The translations under genes and the position numbers were made by a program. This document shows positions 18,940 through 28,555 of a DNA stretch of 64,000 bases, one piece after another. The notes below the pieces were generated by a model. The model was not told where the DNA came from and did no database searches. It saw only the letters and a list, made by a program, of their open reading frames with translations. Numbering within the stretch: the stretch's first letter is position 1; each line of letters begins with the position of its first letter. The stretch is from contig CAZPAY010000003.1 in assembly GCA_964584805.1 (NCBI GenBank), positions 1,889 through 65,888 on the forward strand. Reading direction: 5' to 3'. This DNA is from an uncultured Planctomycetales bacterium. Its GTDB lineage: Bacteria > Planctomycetota > UBA1135.

Positions 18940-19404
18940 ATGAAACTACGTCTTTCCATCATCATTCTTGGCCTGAGCACTTTACTCTTGGCTGCCTTTC
19001 TTTCAAGCGACTTGAGTAGCCAAATGGCATCCTCACTCTCGCAAGCCTCACAAGAGGTCGCTTACGCGCAATCCAAAAACGCGCATGTTTTTAACGTACA
19101 TCGTTATGGCATTGGCGTGCTCGTACACAATCCACTTGGCAGTACCCAGTTTTCGCGACGCATCGATGTTGTTGATTTGGGCCCTGACATCTCATATCTC
19201 CACGAAGACCTTGAGCCAACCGACGCAACGGTTACGGTCAACAGCGACTACATCCTGACTCTCAAACCAGATGGCCGTGGTGGATTGACGGGGCAAGTCC
19301 CCCACTCAAGCTTGCTTCCGTTTCAAGATAATCAAGTCAGCGTGAATGTGTTTCACAACGATCGCTTGCTGTTTACGCATTCACTCACCGGGACTTTCTT
19401 TTAA
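18940..19404 (+). CDS. hypothetical membrane-anchored/exported protein
   Basis: N-terminal TM/signal segment LSIIILGLSTLLLAAFL. No family recognised. Confidence 0.5.
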   Translation: MKLRLSIIILGLSTLLLAAFLSSDLSSQMASSLSQASQEVAYAQSKNAHVFNVHRYGIGVLVHNPLGSTQFSRRIDVVDLGPDISYLHEDLEPTDATVTVNSDYILTLKPDGRGGLTGQVPHSSLLPFQDNQVSVNVFHNDRLLFTHSLTGTFF

Positions 19405-19412
19405 GGCAAATA

Positions 19413-19871
19413 ATGCGATTACTTTCGATTCTCTTTTGCGCGAGTCTGCTGCTTTTTGCTGCAGGCTCGTGCGCTACGCAGTCGCTGACTCATGTTGCAC
19501 CTCAGATTGAACTGCAGGTTTTTGAGCCAAGCTCAAGTGGGCACTCTTGGATGTTTGCCTACAAGTCCTTGAGCGGAGCTGATGATATCTACAAAATGTC
19601 GTCCTCTCTTTTTGATGACCGCAACGCCGACCGAGTCATGCAAGAAACTGAAAAGCTCGATGCCTACCACAGTGTGCATCATCCCGCGGTTTCGTGGGGC
19701 AAGGTAACTCTTCCTGTACGCTATTTGGTTGATGTGGAAAGGCCAATGATTTTTACAAAATGGGTGTGCACCGACGGCAGCACCGGCTCAACTGTCTTTG
19801 ACATGCCCGCAAGCGTAAAATCTTGGGCTTATGGGCAAGACCAAAGAAAAGGCCACTCATCCGATCCGTGA
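19413..19871 (+). CDS. hypothetical lipoprotein
   Basis: Lipobox LLLFAAGSC. No family recognised. Confidence 0.55.
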   Translation: MRLLSILFCASLLLFAAGSCATQSLTHVAPQIELQVFEPSSSGHSWMFAYKSLSGADDIYKMSSSLFDDRNADRVMQETEKLDAYHSVHHPAVSWGKVTLPVRYLVDVERPMIFTKWVCTDGSTGSTVFDMPASVKSWAYGQDQRKGHSSDP

Positions 19872-21243
19872 CCAGATCGAGATGATCATCTTCGCCATCG
19901 TTATGGCGTTGGGGCTTAAGGTTTTTGCTCTTGAGGCCTACGAGATTCCGACGGGGTCCATGCAGCCAACCTTAATGGGCTGTGATTTGTTGGATGCCCG
20001 CACCGGTCAAGCGACTCGTTCGGGTATCCACGATCGCGTTTTGGTTGATAAGACGCTATTTTTGACGCGCGACCCCGAGCGTTGGGAGGTTTGCGTTTTT
20101 CGATATCCACTCGCCACTTCTAACAATTATGTAAAGCGTTTAGTCGGTATGCCTGGCGAAGAATTGTGGGTACAGCATGGTGACATCTGGGCGCGGGATT
20201 CGGTAGCTCAAGGTGATTTTAAGATTCAGCGTAAGCCGTGGTCGGTGCAGCAGCATTTATGGAAGCGCGTTTATCCGAGTGCGACAGTCGAGCCAGCACA
20301 ATGGTCGGGTTGGCATACAGTGGGCAAATTCACGCGCGATGATGCCGGTGTGCTTGATTTAACGGGGCGTTGCTCGATTGAAACGCGTGCGACGATTCGC
20401 GACGAATACCGTCATGGCTACAGCGACAAAGTTGCCATGCAAATCCCTGTTGCCGGTGGCAGCGGGCGTTCCAGGCACCCAGTCAGCGATTTGCGGGCAA
20501 CCTTCCGATTTACCCCACTGGCAGGCGCCGAAGATTTAACTTTTGAGCTTGATTATGGCAACTACGAGCTGACTTTGGCCTTTAAGGCATCACAGAGCAA
20601 GTGGTTTTTGCGCTCCGGCGGCAAGACTCTTTCTGAGTCACCCTTTGGTTTTGAGGTTGGCCAAGAAATTGAATTCGATCTCGCGTTCTGGGATCACACG
20701 ACACGCCTCAGCATCAACGATGATGAATTCCTGATGACTCGCGAGCTTGATATGCCGGCAAAGGCAAGCACGCGCAATGGCATGCGCATCCATACGAGTT
20801 CGGGTGGTTGGCAGATTCAACCTGGTGAGATTTGGCGTGACATTCACTACATCTCACCTCTTAATGGCGGCACTCCATTATTTACGATTCCAAAAGGCGA
20901 GTATTTCATGATGGGCGACAATACCCAAAACTCGCTCGACAGCCGCGACTGGACTGCACGCCAGCTCACATTCGGTGATACCGTTTTGCGTGGCGATTCT
21001 TTGCGCCACGGCTCCGACCCATTTTTCGACAACCCCCGCTGGAACAACACTCGCTCGATGATGACCTTCCGTGATCAATTTGGCAACTTGCACACATTTG
21101 ACATGGACGATTTGGCAAAAGCACAAGACACGCGCGTGCCTATTTCGACTGTGCCGCGCGACTACATCATCGGAAAAGCTCTAGCCGTTTTCTTACCTAT
21201 TCCGCCGATGGCACCGATTGTGCGTGTCGGGCTGGTACATTAA
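19831..21243 (+). CDS. lepB: signal peptidase I (unusually long, 470 aa)
   Basis: IPTGSMQPTL (catalytic Ser box), YVKRLVGMPGE (Lys box) and GDNTQNSLDSRDW. Overlaps the preceding gene by 41 nt. Confidence 0.88.
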   Translation: MGKTKEKATHPIRDQIEMIIFAIVMALGLKVFALEAYEIPTGSMQPTLMGCDLLDARTGQATRSGIHDRVLVDKTLFLTRDPERWEVCVFRYPLATSNNYVKRLVGMPGEELWVQHGDIWARDSVAQGDFKIQRKPWSVQQHLWKRVYPSATVEPAQWSGWHTVGKFTRDDAGVLDLTGRCSIETRATIRDEYRHGYSDKVAMQIPVAGGSGRSRHPVSDLRATFRFTPLAGAEDLTFELDYGNYELTLAFKASQSKWFLRSGGKTLSESPFGFEVGQEIEFDLAFWDHTTRLSINDDEFLMTRELDMPAKASTRNGMRIHTSSGGWQIQPGEIWRDIHYISPLNGGTPLFTIPKGEYFMMGDNTQNSLDSRDWTARQLTFGDTVLRGDSLRHGSDPFFDNPRWNNTRSMMTFRDQFGNLHTFDMDDLAKAQDTRVPISTVPRDYIIGKALAVFLPIPPMAPIVRVGLVH

Positions 21244-21275
21244 TCACATACGGGCATCCGCCCAACCATTACACC

Positions 21276-22007
21276 ATGGACGACACCCTACTCTCGACCG
21301 AAGGCCTGCAAAAAGCTTACAAAGGGCGGCGTGTGGTTGATGATGTGGCGCTGACTGTAGCTCCAGGTGAGATTGTGGGTTTGCTTGGCCCAAACGGTGC
21401 GGGCAAAACGACAACTTTCCGCATGTGCATGGGCATGGTCAAGCCTGATGCCGGTGTGATTCGTTTTGCACACAAAGAGGTCACTCGCTTGCCCATTTAC
21501 AAGCGTGCGCGGCTGGGTTTGGGCTATTTGTCGCAAGAGCCTTCGGTTTTTCGGCGGTTATCCGTGCGCAACAACCTGCTTGCCATCCTTGAGATGCGCG
21601 AGCGTAATAAAGCCAGGCGCAACGCTAAAGCGGATGAATTGCTTGAGGAATTTGGCCTCATGCACATTCAAGAAAGCATGGGTGAGGTCTTGTCTGGCGG
21701 TGAGCGCCGGCGCCTTGAGATTGCCCGCACTTTGGCAACTGAGCCACGGCTGATTCTGCTTGATGAGCCTTTCAGCGGCGTTGACCCCATCGCGGTCGAG
21801 GAAATTCAGGCCATTTTGGCTACTTTGCGTGAAAAAGGCATTGCCATCCTGCTGACTGACCACAATGTGCGCGAGACGCTACATATCACCGACCGCGCCT
21901 ATATTTTGGCTGCCGGCAAGGTCCTCGCGACTGGCACTGCTGAAGAGTTGGTCAATGATGAGCAAGTCCGCAAGGTCTACCTAGGCAAACGCTTCGAGCT
22001 GGCTTAA
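21276..22007 (+). CDS. lptB: LPS export ABC transporter ATP-binding protein
   Basis: Walker A GPNGAGKTT, signature LSGGERRRLEIAR, Walker B ILLDEPF and the LptB-like C-terminus VRKVYLG. Confidence 0.88.
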   Translation: MDDTLLSTEGLQKAYKGRRVVDDVALTVAPGEIVGLLGPNGAGKTTTFRMCMGMVKPDAGVIRFAHKEVTRLPIYKRARLGLGYLSQEPSVFRRLSVRNNLLAILEMRERNKARRNAKADELLEEFGLMHIQESMGEVLSGGERRRLEIARTLATEPRLILLDEPFSGVDPIAVEEIQAILATLREKGIAILLTDHNVRETLHITDRAYILAAGKVLATGTAEELVNDEQVRKVYLGKRFELA

Positions 22008-22070
22008 ACAGACCTGCACTTTGGTCAAAAATCGGCTAAAATCCTCGGCTCATCCCTTCCGGAGAATCCA

Positions 22071-22826
22071 GTGAAAATCATTACTTGCGTAAAGCGCGTC
22101 CCGGCCACGACAACTCGTGTGGTTATTGACGCACCCACGAAATCTCTCGACCCAACCGGGGTCGAATTCCTACTCAACCCCTATGACGAATATGCGGTTG
22201 AGCAAGCTCTTCAAGTTGCGGCCGCCCATGAGGGCTCGACCGTAACCGCTATCAGCCTTGGCAATGGTGCGGCTCAAAAAGAATTGCGCACTGTTTTGGC
22301 GATGGGCGCTGATAATGCCATTCTGCTGACCAACGAAGGCGCGCTTGATGCCGATGTCAGCACGACCGCCCGCTTGCTTGCTGATGCCATCCGTGGCCGC
22401 GAGTTTGATTTGCTTTTCTTTGGCAAGCAAGCCGTCGATAACGACGCTCATGGCGTGGGCCCAGCCGTCGCAACGATGCTCGGCGTGGCTTGCCTCACTG
22501 AGGTTGTTAAGTTTGAGCTTGATGGCGATAAAGTCGTCTGCGAGCGCGAGGTCGAAGGTGGCCGCGAGATTATTGAGGCGTCTTTGCCCTGCGCAATTAC
22601 TTGCCAAAAGGGGCTCAATGAGCCTCGCTACGCAAATCTCAAAGGCATCATGAAGGCCAAGAAAAAGCCTCTTGAGACTGTTGAGGTTGCTCTCGGCACA
22701 CCTGCTCTTGAGGTGGTCGACTTTACTCCCCCTGCTGAGCGCCCTGCTGGCCGAATCATCGGCGAAGGTGCTGGCGTGGTCACCGAATTGGTCGACCTAC
22801 TCCGTAACGAAGCCAAAGTTCTCTAG
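22071..22826 (+). CDS. etfB: electron transfer flavoprotein beta subunit
   Basis: MKIITCVKRVP...NPYDEYAVEQAL and GKQAVDNDAHGVGP; GTG start. Confidence 0.9.
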   Translation: MKIITCVKRVPATTTRVVIDAPTKSLDPTGVEFLLNPYDEYAVEQALQVAAAHEGSTVTAISLGNGAAQKELRTVLAMGADNAILLTNEGALDADVSTTARLLADAIRGREFDLLFFGKQAVDNDAHGVGPAVATMLGVACLTEVVKFELDGDKVVCEREVEGGREIIEASLPCAITCQKGLNEPRYANLKGIMKAKKKPLETVEVALGTPALEVVDFTPPAERPAGRIIGEGAGVVTELVDLLRNEAKVL

Positions 22827-22837
22827 AGGTTATCGAC

Positions 22838-23794
22838 ATGTCAAACATTCTTGTTCTTCTGGAAACCCGCGATGGTTCCCTTCGTCCTGCTTCACTTGAG
22901 GCGGTTGGCGCTGCCCGCAAAACCGCTGACGAGCTTGGTGGTGGCACCGTTACGGCTCTTGCATATGAGGCCTTCGAAGCCGATGCGGCACTCTTGGGTG
23001 CTGCGGGTGCCGACAATGTCTTGATTGCTGGCTCTGCCCAACACTCGGCCGAAGGCGCTGCCTCAACTTGCGCGCGCGTCGCGAAAGAGGTGGGCGCTGT
23101 TGCAGTTTTCTTGTCGGCATCCGTACGCGGAAAAGACTTGACGGCTCGCATTGCCGCCAATCTTGAGACGGGCTGCGTGCCTGATTGCACCGCGATTACG
23201 GTTACGGATGGCCAAATGGTTTTCACCCGCCCGGTTTATGCAGGCAAAGGCTTAGTCAATGCCAAAGTTTCTGGCTCAGTTGCGGTTGCTTCCATGCGTG
23301 GCAACTTCTTTGCACCAGCGAGTCGTGAGGCCACTGCCGAAATCAGCGAAACTTCTGCTGAAGCGGCCATGAGTATCGTTCGCGAGGTCGCTGCCAAAAC
23401 GGGCGGTCGCCCCGATGTGGCCGAGGCCAATGTTGTGGTCGCCGGCGGTCGCGGCATGGGTGATGCTGACAATTGGGCCATGCTTGAGGCGATTGCCGAC
23501 AAGCTTCCCGGTGCTGCAATTGGCGCTTCCCGCGCGGTTGTGGATTCTGGCATTCGCTCTCATAGTGAGCAAGTGGGTCAAACCGGCAAAACGGTTGCCC
23601 CTGAGCTTTACATTGCTGCAGGCATTTCGGGTGCCATCCAACACCTCGCCGGCATGAACAATTCCAAGTGCATTGTTGCCATCAACAAAGACGCCGACGC
23701 ACCGATTTTCACGGCTGCGACTTACGGCATCGTGGGTGATGTCAATGAGGTTCTACCGGTTTTAGCCGAAGAGCTCGGCAAACTCGAGGCGTAA
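22838..23794 (+). CDS. etfA: electron transfer flavoprotein alpha subunit
   Basis: The FAD-binding C-terminus (SRAVVDSG...[29 protein letters not shown]). Confidence 0.92.
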   Translation: MSNILVLLETRDGSLRPASLEAVGAARKTADELGGGTVTALAYEAFEADAALLGAAGADNVLIAGSAQHSAEGAASTCARVAKEVGAVAVFLSASVRGKDLTARIAANLETGCVPDCTAITVTDGQMVFTRPVYAGKGLVNAKVSGSVAVASMRGNFFAPASREATAEISETSAEAAMSIVREVAAKTGGRPDVAEANVVVAGGRGMGDADNWAMLEAIADKLPGAAIGASRAVVDSGIRSHSEQVGQTGKTVAPELYIAAGISGAIQHLAGMNNSKCIVAINKDADAPIFTAATYGIVGDVNEVLPVLAEELGKLEA

Positions 23795-23795
23795 C

Positions 23796-24560
23796 TTAAA
23801 GCCAGCGAGCGCGCTCTCTAGCTACAGCCCTCTGGGTCCATTTACGGTCCCAGGGGGTTAACCTTTTCCAGAGGGTATTCGGGTCAGATATTTGGACATC
23901 GCCGTAACCTTTTGCAAAGGCGGCATCAGAAGCGGGCGTCATGCGGTCCCAAAGTGGGCTTAAGAAAATCAATAAGTCAGATGCCGATGCACTTTGCCGC
24001 GCCAATAGCCGTGACCAGCGAGCCTTTGCGGGATCAACCCAGCAAAAGCGATCACCCTGTACGAGTAAATTGCGCGCACATAAGCCACGGTAGCGGCAAC
24101 GCGACTCGTGAATCATGCGCACACTCTGGCCAAGTTGATCCCAGAAAATTGTGGAGAATTCTTGACCCGCAAGAACGCATTGTTGTAAATCTTTCGATTC
24201 AGGCAAATAAGGAAGCAATAGCCAACTATCGCGGACAAAGCCAAAACTGCGGTCCACCCCCCATGCAAGCGGAGGCAGGGTAGGAACCCTCGCGGCTCCG
24301 AGGCGCATCAAATTTTCAGCCTCTGCAACAACTTTAGGGATACCCCAGTAAGTATGCCGCCCCGCAGAGCCAAATCGCTGACCCCATTCCGGGAAAAAGT
24401 AACGCTTCAAAACGACATCGGGTCCGCTTGGTGGGCGTAGGCGCACAACCGTAGCGGTCGGACCAGAAGCGAGGACACGCACAATTTCACCCGCCGGAAC
24501 ATTTTTCCGTAACGCTGGAGGAACACCAGAGTGAGTTTGAATAGACCAACTCATGTGCAA
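23796..24560 (-). CDS. lipopolysaccharide-kinase (Kdo/WaaP)-like protein, catalytic motif degenerate
   Basis: VVLKRYF plus AEAENLMRLG... layout of the LPS-kinase family. Where H-x-D-L-x-x-x-N is expected the sequence is YRGLCARNLL. Confidence 0.5.
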   Translation of the reverse strand: MHMSWSIQTHSGVPPALRKNVPAGEIVRVLASGPTATVVRLRPPSGPDVVLKRYFFPEWGQRFGSAGRHTYWGIPKVVAEAENLMRLGAARVPTLPPLAWGVDRSFGFVRDSWLLLPYLPESKDLQQCVLAGQEFSTIFWDQLGQSVRMIHESRCRYRGLCARNLLVQGDRFCWVDPAKARWSRLLARQSASASDLLIFLSPLWDRMTPASDAAFAKGYGDVQISDPNTLWKRLTPWDRKWTQRAVARERARWL

Positions 24561-25198
24561 ACCTCAAGCAACACAAGAACTTGCTCGCTTATGCCACGAC
24601 GCAAAGGTTCGCGTGCCACGGCTCTTAGCCCGGCTTCTGCAACTTCTTTTTCAAACAGCACACGCGAAATGGCATGGCGCTTCATTTTATGCTTCAACAA
24701 TCGGTGTCGCCATGTTTGCAAACAAGCTTCATCCCAATAACTGACGAGAACATAACGGCGGCTCACCCTCGCAAGCTCGCGCATCGTGCGTATCCGAGTT
24801 TCGGATTCTGCGAAATGATGCAAAAGTCGGTAGCAAAAAACGAGGTCGAATGAAGAATTCGAAAAAGGGATGGCGTCCGCAGAAAACTGAATGCGCGTTG
24901 CATGGCCGTTGTACTGCTGAAGCATGGCATACGACGCATCTGCAGCCAAAAGCTGCACGGCGTGTTGAGCGATTGTGCTTTCAAATCGCCCTGCACCACA
25001 CGGAACATCCAGCGCGGAATGAATACTATCAGCCTGCTCAAGAAGCTGACCCACCAAAAATCGCTCCCGGCGATCCGTGCGCCGCGCCCGCGCCTTTTGC
25101 TTCCATCGGCCCTCCGCGTAATGCATCGCACGCGTGGAACTTTCCCAAGCGTTTCGCGTGAGCTGTGGTTCCTGCGAAGTTGATGAATGCGCCATCAC
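24551..25198 (-). CDS. class I SAM-dependent methyltransferase
   Basis: Motif I LDVPCGAGRF and a post-I acidic residue (LLAADAS). The GTG/ATG start overlaps the radical-SAM stop. Confidence 0.75.
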   Translation of the reverse strand: MMAHSSTSQEPQLTRNAWESSTRAMHYAEGRWKQKARARRTDRRERFLVGQLLEQADSIHSALDVPCGAGRFESTIAQHAVQLLAADASYAMLQQYNGHATRIQFSADAIPFSNSSFDLVFCYRLLHHFAESETRIRTMRELARVSRRYVLVSYWDEACLQTWRHRLLKHKMKRHAISRVLFEKEVAEAGLRAVAREPLRRGISEQVLVLLEVCT

Positions 25199-26463
25199 TA
25201 GAGGAAGCTATCTCGCCGACCCAATAACTCGGGAAAGAGCTCGTCCAAATCACCATCGCTTTGAATGAGCTCTTCGAAAAGGTGATTTACGCTGTGGTAA
25301 AGACAAGTAACCTCAGCGCACTCGTGGCAAGCATCGAAGGTATCGAGAATTTGGGCGGTAGCGCTTGTCGCGGCAGCCACGGATGCATGTGGCACCCAAC
25401 TTTCAGCCGCGCCAATGCGAGCCTTTTCCACGCCGCGGTGTGCGGGGCAGTTAAAAACACCCAGCGGGCTTAACACTTGCCGAAAAGCCTGCATGTGGCA
25501 GACATGGGGCTGTCGAGTCATCTCTTGCCATGAGCCACTCAGCAGTTCACGCAAATTTGTGCTCTCGACGACGCGAAAAGAATCGTCAGCAAAGGCTTGG
25601 GCTGACTCCAGTTGAGATTGAACTCGCTGCAAAAGGACATCATGCGCTTGCGTTGCAGCATCGGGCGACATGACTTCAGCCCCCTCAATGGCGCGGGTCA
25701 GGAAAGGCTTGAAGGAGATATAGTCGAAGCCCGCCTCTTTGGCGCGCCTTGTTGCAAGGGCCATTTCATCAAGATTCTCAACGACATGAACATCATGGCG
25801 CAAAGCCCCTTGCCAAGTAATCACAAATGAAAAACCAAGGCTGACCGTGGGGTTGGTCGATTTTATCTTTCCGGCAGAATTCAAAATACTCGTCAAGGTT
25901 AAATCGGCCGCGCGCGGTTTGTGCATCGCGCGGAACAACTGATCTGTGCCCGCATCAAGAGACAATCGCACCCAGTCCCCGGCAGTAAAAGAATCAGCTA
26001 CATCGCAGATGACATCGTTACGCGAACCGTTCGTCACGACGGCAACCTGTAAGCCCAACTTTTTCAGAAAACGCACGACACGCGAAAAGGCAGGGTGCAA
26101 AGTTGGCTCACCTCCCCCCAGCAAAATCACAGATTGCAGGCCGTTGGCTGCCAAGTATTCCAATGAATCAAAAAGTGCGAGCTCATCATGGCGCACCGGC
26201 TGATTCAGCGCCTCCCAGTCGATGCAATGGTCACAGGCAAAATTACAAGCCGTGGTCAAATCTAAGTTGACGGAAAGCGGGACTAATTTCGGTGACTTAG
26301 GAGCAGGCACATTTGCGGCTAAAGCGCGGGCATGCTCGCGGCGCCACGAAAGGTACTCGACAACTTGGTGACGCAAATCGGGGTGTTGCAACTTGCGAGC
26401 AAAATCGTGGATGGCCGCCACATTTGTCGCCGCTGGCTCTGTCGATGGCTGATTCACAATCAA
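25198..26463 (-). CDS. radical SAM protein
   Basis: CNFACDHC (CxxxCxxC), the GGGEPTL SAM-binding motif, and additional C-terminal cysteines (CHMQ...NCPAH, CHECAEVTC). Confidence 0.85.
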   Translation of the reverse strand: MIVNQPSTEPAATNVAAIHDFARKLQHPDLRHQVVEYLSWRREHARALAANVPAPKSPKLVPLSVNLDLTTACNFACDHCIDWEALNQPVRHDELALFDSLEYLAANGLQSVILLGGGEPTLHPAFSRVVRFLKKLGLQVAVVTNGSRNDVICDVADSFTAGDWVRLSLDAGTDQLFRAMHKPRAADLTLTSILNSAGKIKSTNPTVSLGFSFVITWQGALRHDVHVVENLDEMALATRRAKEAGFDYISFKPFLTRAIEGAEVMSPDAATQAHDVLLQRVQSQLESAQAFADDSFRVVESTNLRELLSGSWQEMTRQPHVCHMQAFRQVLSPLGVFNCPAHRGVEKARIGAAESWVPHASVAAATSATAQILDTFDACHECAEVTCLYHSVNHLFEELIQSDGDLDELFPELLGRRDSFL

Positions 26464-27516
26464 TTAGGCGGGGTAAGCATCAACCAACTCTTCCAACAAA
26501 AACTGCCGCCGCACCAAATCTTCGTCAATGGGCGAAGAGTGCACCTTTTGGGCCTGTTGTACTTGCTTTAAGAAATCGCCTAAACGCGCTTTCATCGGGT
26601 CAATTTCTGGGAAATATACTTTTGAATCTTCTTCACAGGAAGTAGCGAAACCAATGCGATACCCTGGCTCAATCACGCGGCGACGGCAAACAAAATCATC
26701 AAATGCGAATTCGGCCGGGCGTGGGTAAGTGCCTGTATCTTCTAAGACCACCTCACATTCAATCTCACGATTGAAAACACGGTAGCCAAAATTTAAGCGA
26801 ATGTCAGACGCATCTATGCCGGTTTCGAGATAGCGAATGTCAGTCAACTCAGCTGGGCCTGGCAAGACGGCTTGCAGCAAACTCAATGGGTGCGACAAAA
26901 CCTCAAGCAAACGGACAAGCCCTCGCCCACCTGGGCATAGCAACATCCGGAAGCGCGAAACCGAGCTTAGGTCGGCCTCGGGATGCAATGCATGAAAGGC
27001 CTCAAGCGTTTGCGGCCACTGACAGTTCTCAGCCAAAACGAGACCAGCAGCGGCAAATCGTTGCGCAATCACTTGCGCGTCGGCGGCTGAGCCTCGCAGC
27101 AATGGCTTTTCGCAAAGCACATGAACCTCGTGCGATACGGCCAACTCAAGCCAAGGTCGGTGCGTGCCAAGTGGAGAGGCAATAACAACAGCATGCGGAT
27201 GTGCATGGGTCATCATGGTGTCCCAGTCGGAATACTCTTCAACAGTCACACCGCGGGCTGCAAGCCAAGCCGCTGCGTGATGTGCAGTCACAGGTCGAGT
27301 GCCAAAAACGCCCACCAAATTTGCACCCCATTCGGCCGTCTGCAAGGCCAAAAATGGGCCTGTGCCTTGACGCACGCGCCGCGCGCCAATCACGACAACG
27401 CGCAAATCAGCCAAGGCATCAACCTCAATCGCGCTGTCTGAGCGTGCGCGCTTGCTCGCTCCATCCGAGGCTGGATGTGGAGCCGATGCATGGGGGCTAT
27501 CGGAGGCAGATGACAT
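26464..27516 (-). CDS. Gfo/Idh/MocA-family oxidoreductase
   Basis: N-terminal Rossmann segment VVVIGARRVRQG and the CEKPL motif. The stop abuts the radical-SAM start. Confidence 0.6.
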   Translation of the reverse strand: MSSASDSPHASAPHPASDGASKRARSDSAIEVDALADLRVVVIGARRVRQGTGPFLALQTAEWGANLVGVFGTRPVTAHHAAAWLAARGVTVEEYSDWDTMMTHAHPHAVVIASPLGTHRPWLELAVSHEVHVLCEKPLLRGSAADAQVIAQRFAAAGLVLAENCQWPQTLEAFHALHPEADLSSVSRFRMLLCPGGRGLVRLLEVLSHPLSLLQAVLPGPAELTDIRYLETGIDASDIRLNFGYRVFNREIECEVVLEDTGTYPRPAEFAFDDFVCRRRVIEPGYRIGFATSCEEDSKVYFPEIDPMKARLGDFLKQVQQAQKVHSSPIDEDLVRRQFLLEELVDAYPA

Positions 27517-27536
27517 GGACGCTATCCTAACCGAGC

Positions 27537-28529
27537 ATGGCCACGCCTACCTCCCTCATCGTGCGATTGCCCAACCCCTTGGGCGATGTCGTGATGGCGA
27601 CGCCGCTGCTTGAAATCTTGCGTGCGGGTTTGCCAGACGCGAAAATATCGGTCGCCGGCGCGGCGCGCTATGAGTCTTTGCTTGACGGGTTGACCTGCTT
27701 CGACCGCTATCTGCCCATCGAAGCAAATGAGCGTCAATCAACTTCACTCATGGCAGATGTTTTTCGCGCTGCCCATGCTGACACGATTTTGATTCTTCCT
27801 AACTCCTGGTCGTCAGTGTTAGCCGCGCGCAAAGCCGGCATACCGCGACGCATTGGCCGACGCGCTGCAATGCGTAGTTTGTTCTTGACCGACGCCTTGC
27901 CGGCAATCAAACACGCGAGGCCAATGACTCATATTTATGAAGAGATGGCTGCACCCCTTCTCGGCAACGCAATCATCAATATCCCTCGGCCGCGACTTGT
28001 TGCGCCTGCAACACACAAAACAAGTTCACTCGCCAAGCCCAAAATTGCTATTGCGCCCGGAGCAGCATTCGGCGTTTCCAAGCAATACCCCCCGCATCTC
28101 ACGGCGCTCGCCATCCAACTTGCTTGCAAGGTTTTCGATGCGGAAATCACACTGCTTGGGTCATCAAACGAGCGGGATCTGCTAATAGAAACAGCCAATG
28201 CGTTGCAGCAAATCAACATTAATAGCAAAACTTTAACAGGCACTCTCACTCAGGCGAAAGCAGCTCTCGCGCGTGCGGATGTCTTGCTCACGATGGATTC
28301 CGGTGCGCGCCACATGGCGGCAGCACTCGGCACTCCGCAAGTCGTTATTTACGGCCCGACCCACCCCGCCTGGAGCGCGCACTCTCTTGACGACACGACT
28401 ATCCTGCGCGTCGATAATCTCGATTGCTTGACCTGCCATAACAAACGATGCCCCAAGTTGCATCACGCCTGCATGCAAGACCTAGACCCCGCAATTGTGG
28501 CCGAGGCACTTATCGCACGACTTAAATAG
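27537..28529 (+). CDS. glycosyltransferase family 9 (LPS heptosyltransferase-like)
   Basis: LPNPLGDVVMATPLLEILR and DSGARHMAAALGTPQVVIYGPT, typical GT9 N- and C-terminal motifs. Confidence 0.8.
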   Translation: MATPTSLIVRLPNPLGDVVMATPLLEILRAGLPDAKISVAGAARYESLLDGLTCFDRYLPIEANERQSTSLMADVFRAAHADTILILPNSWSSVLAARKAGIPRRIGRRAAMRSLFLTDALPAIKHARPMTHIYEEMAAPLLGNAIINIPRPRLVAPATHKTSSLAKPKIAIAPGAAFGVSKQYPPHLTALAIQLACKVFDAEITLLGSSNERDLLIETANALQQININSKTLTGTLTQAKAALARADVLLTMDSGARHMAAALGTPQVVIYGPTHPAWSAHSLDDTTILRVDNLDCLTCHNKRCPKLHHACMQDLDPAIVAEALIARLK

Positions 28530-28555
28530 ATAAGTTATGCTCAACGGGCCATCCC

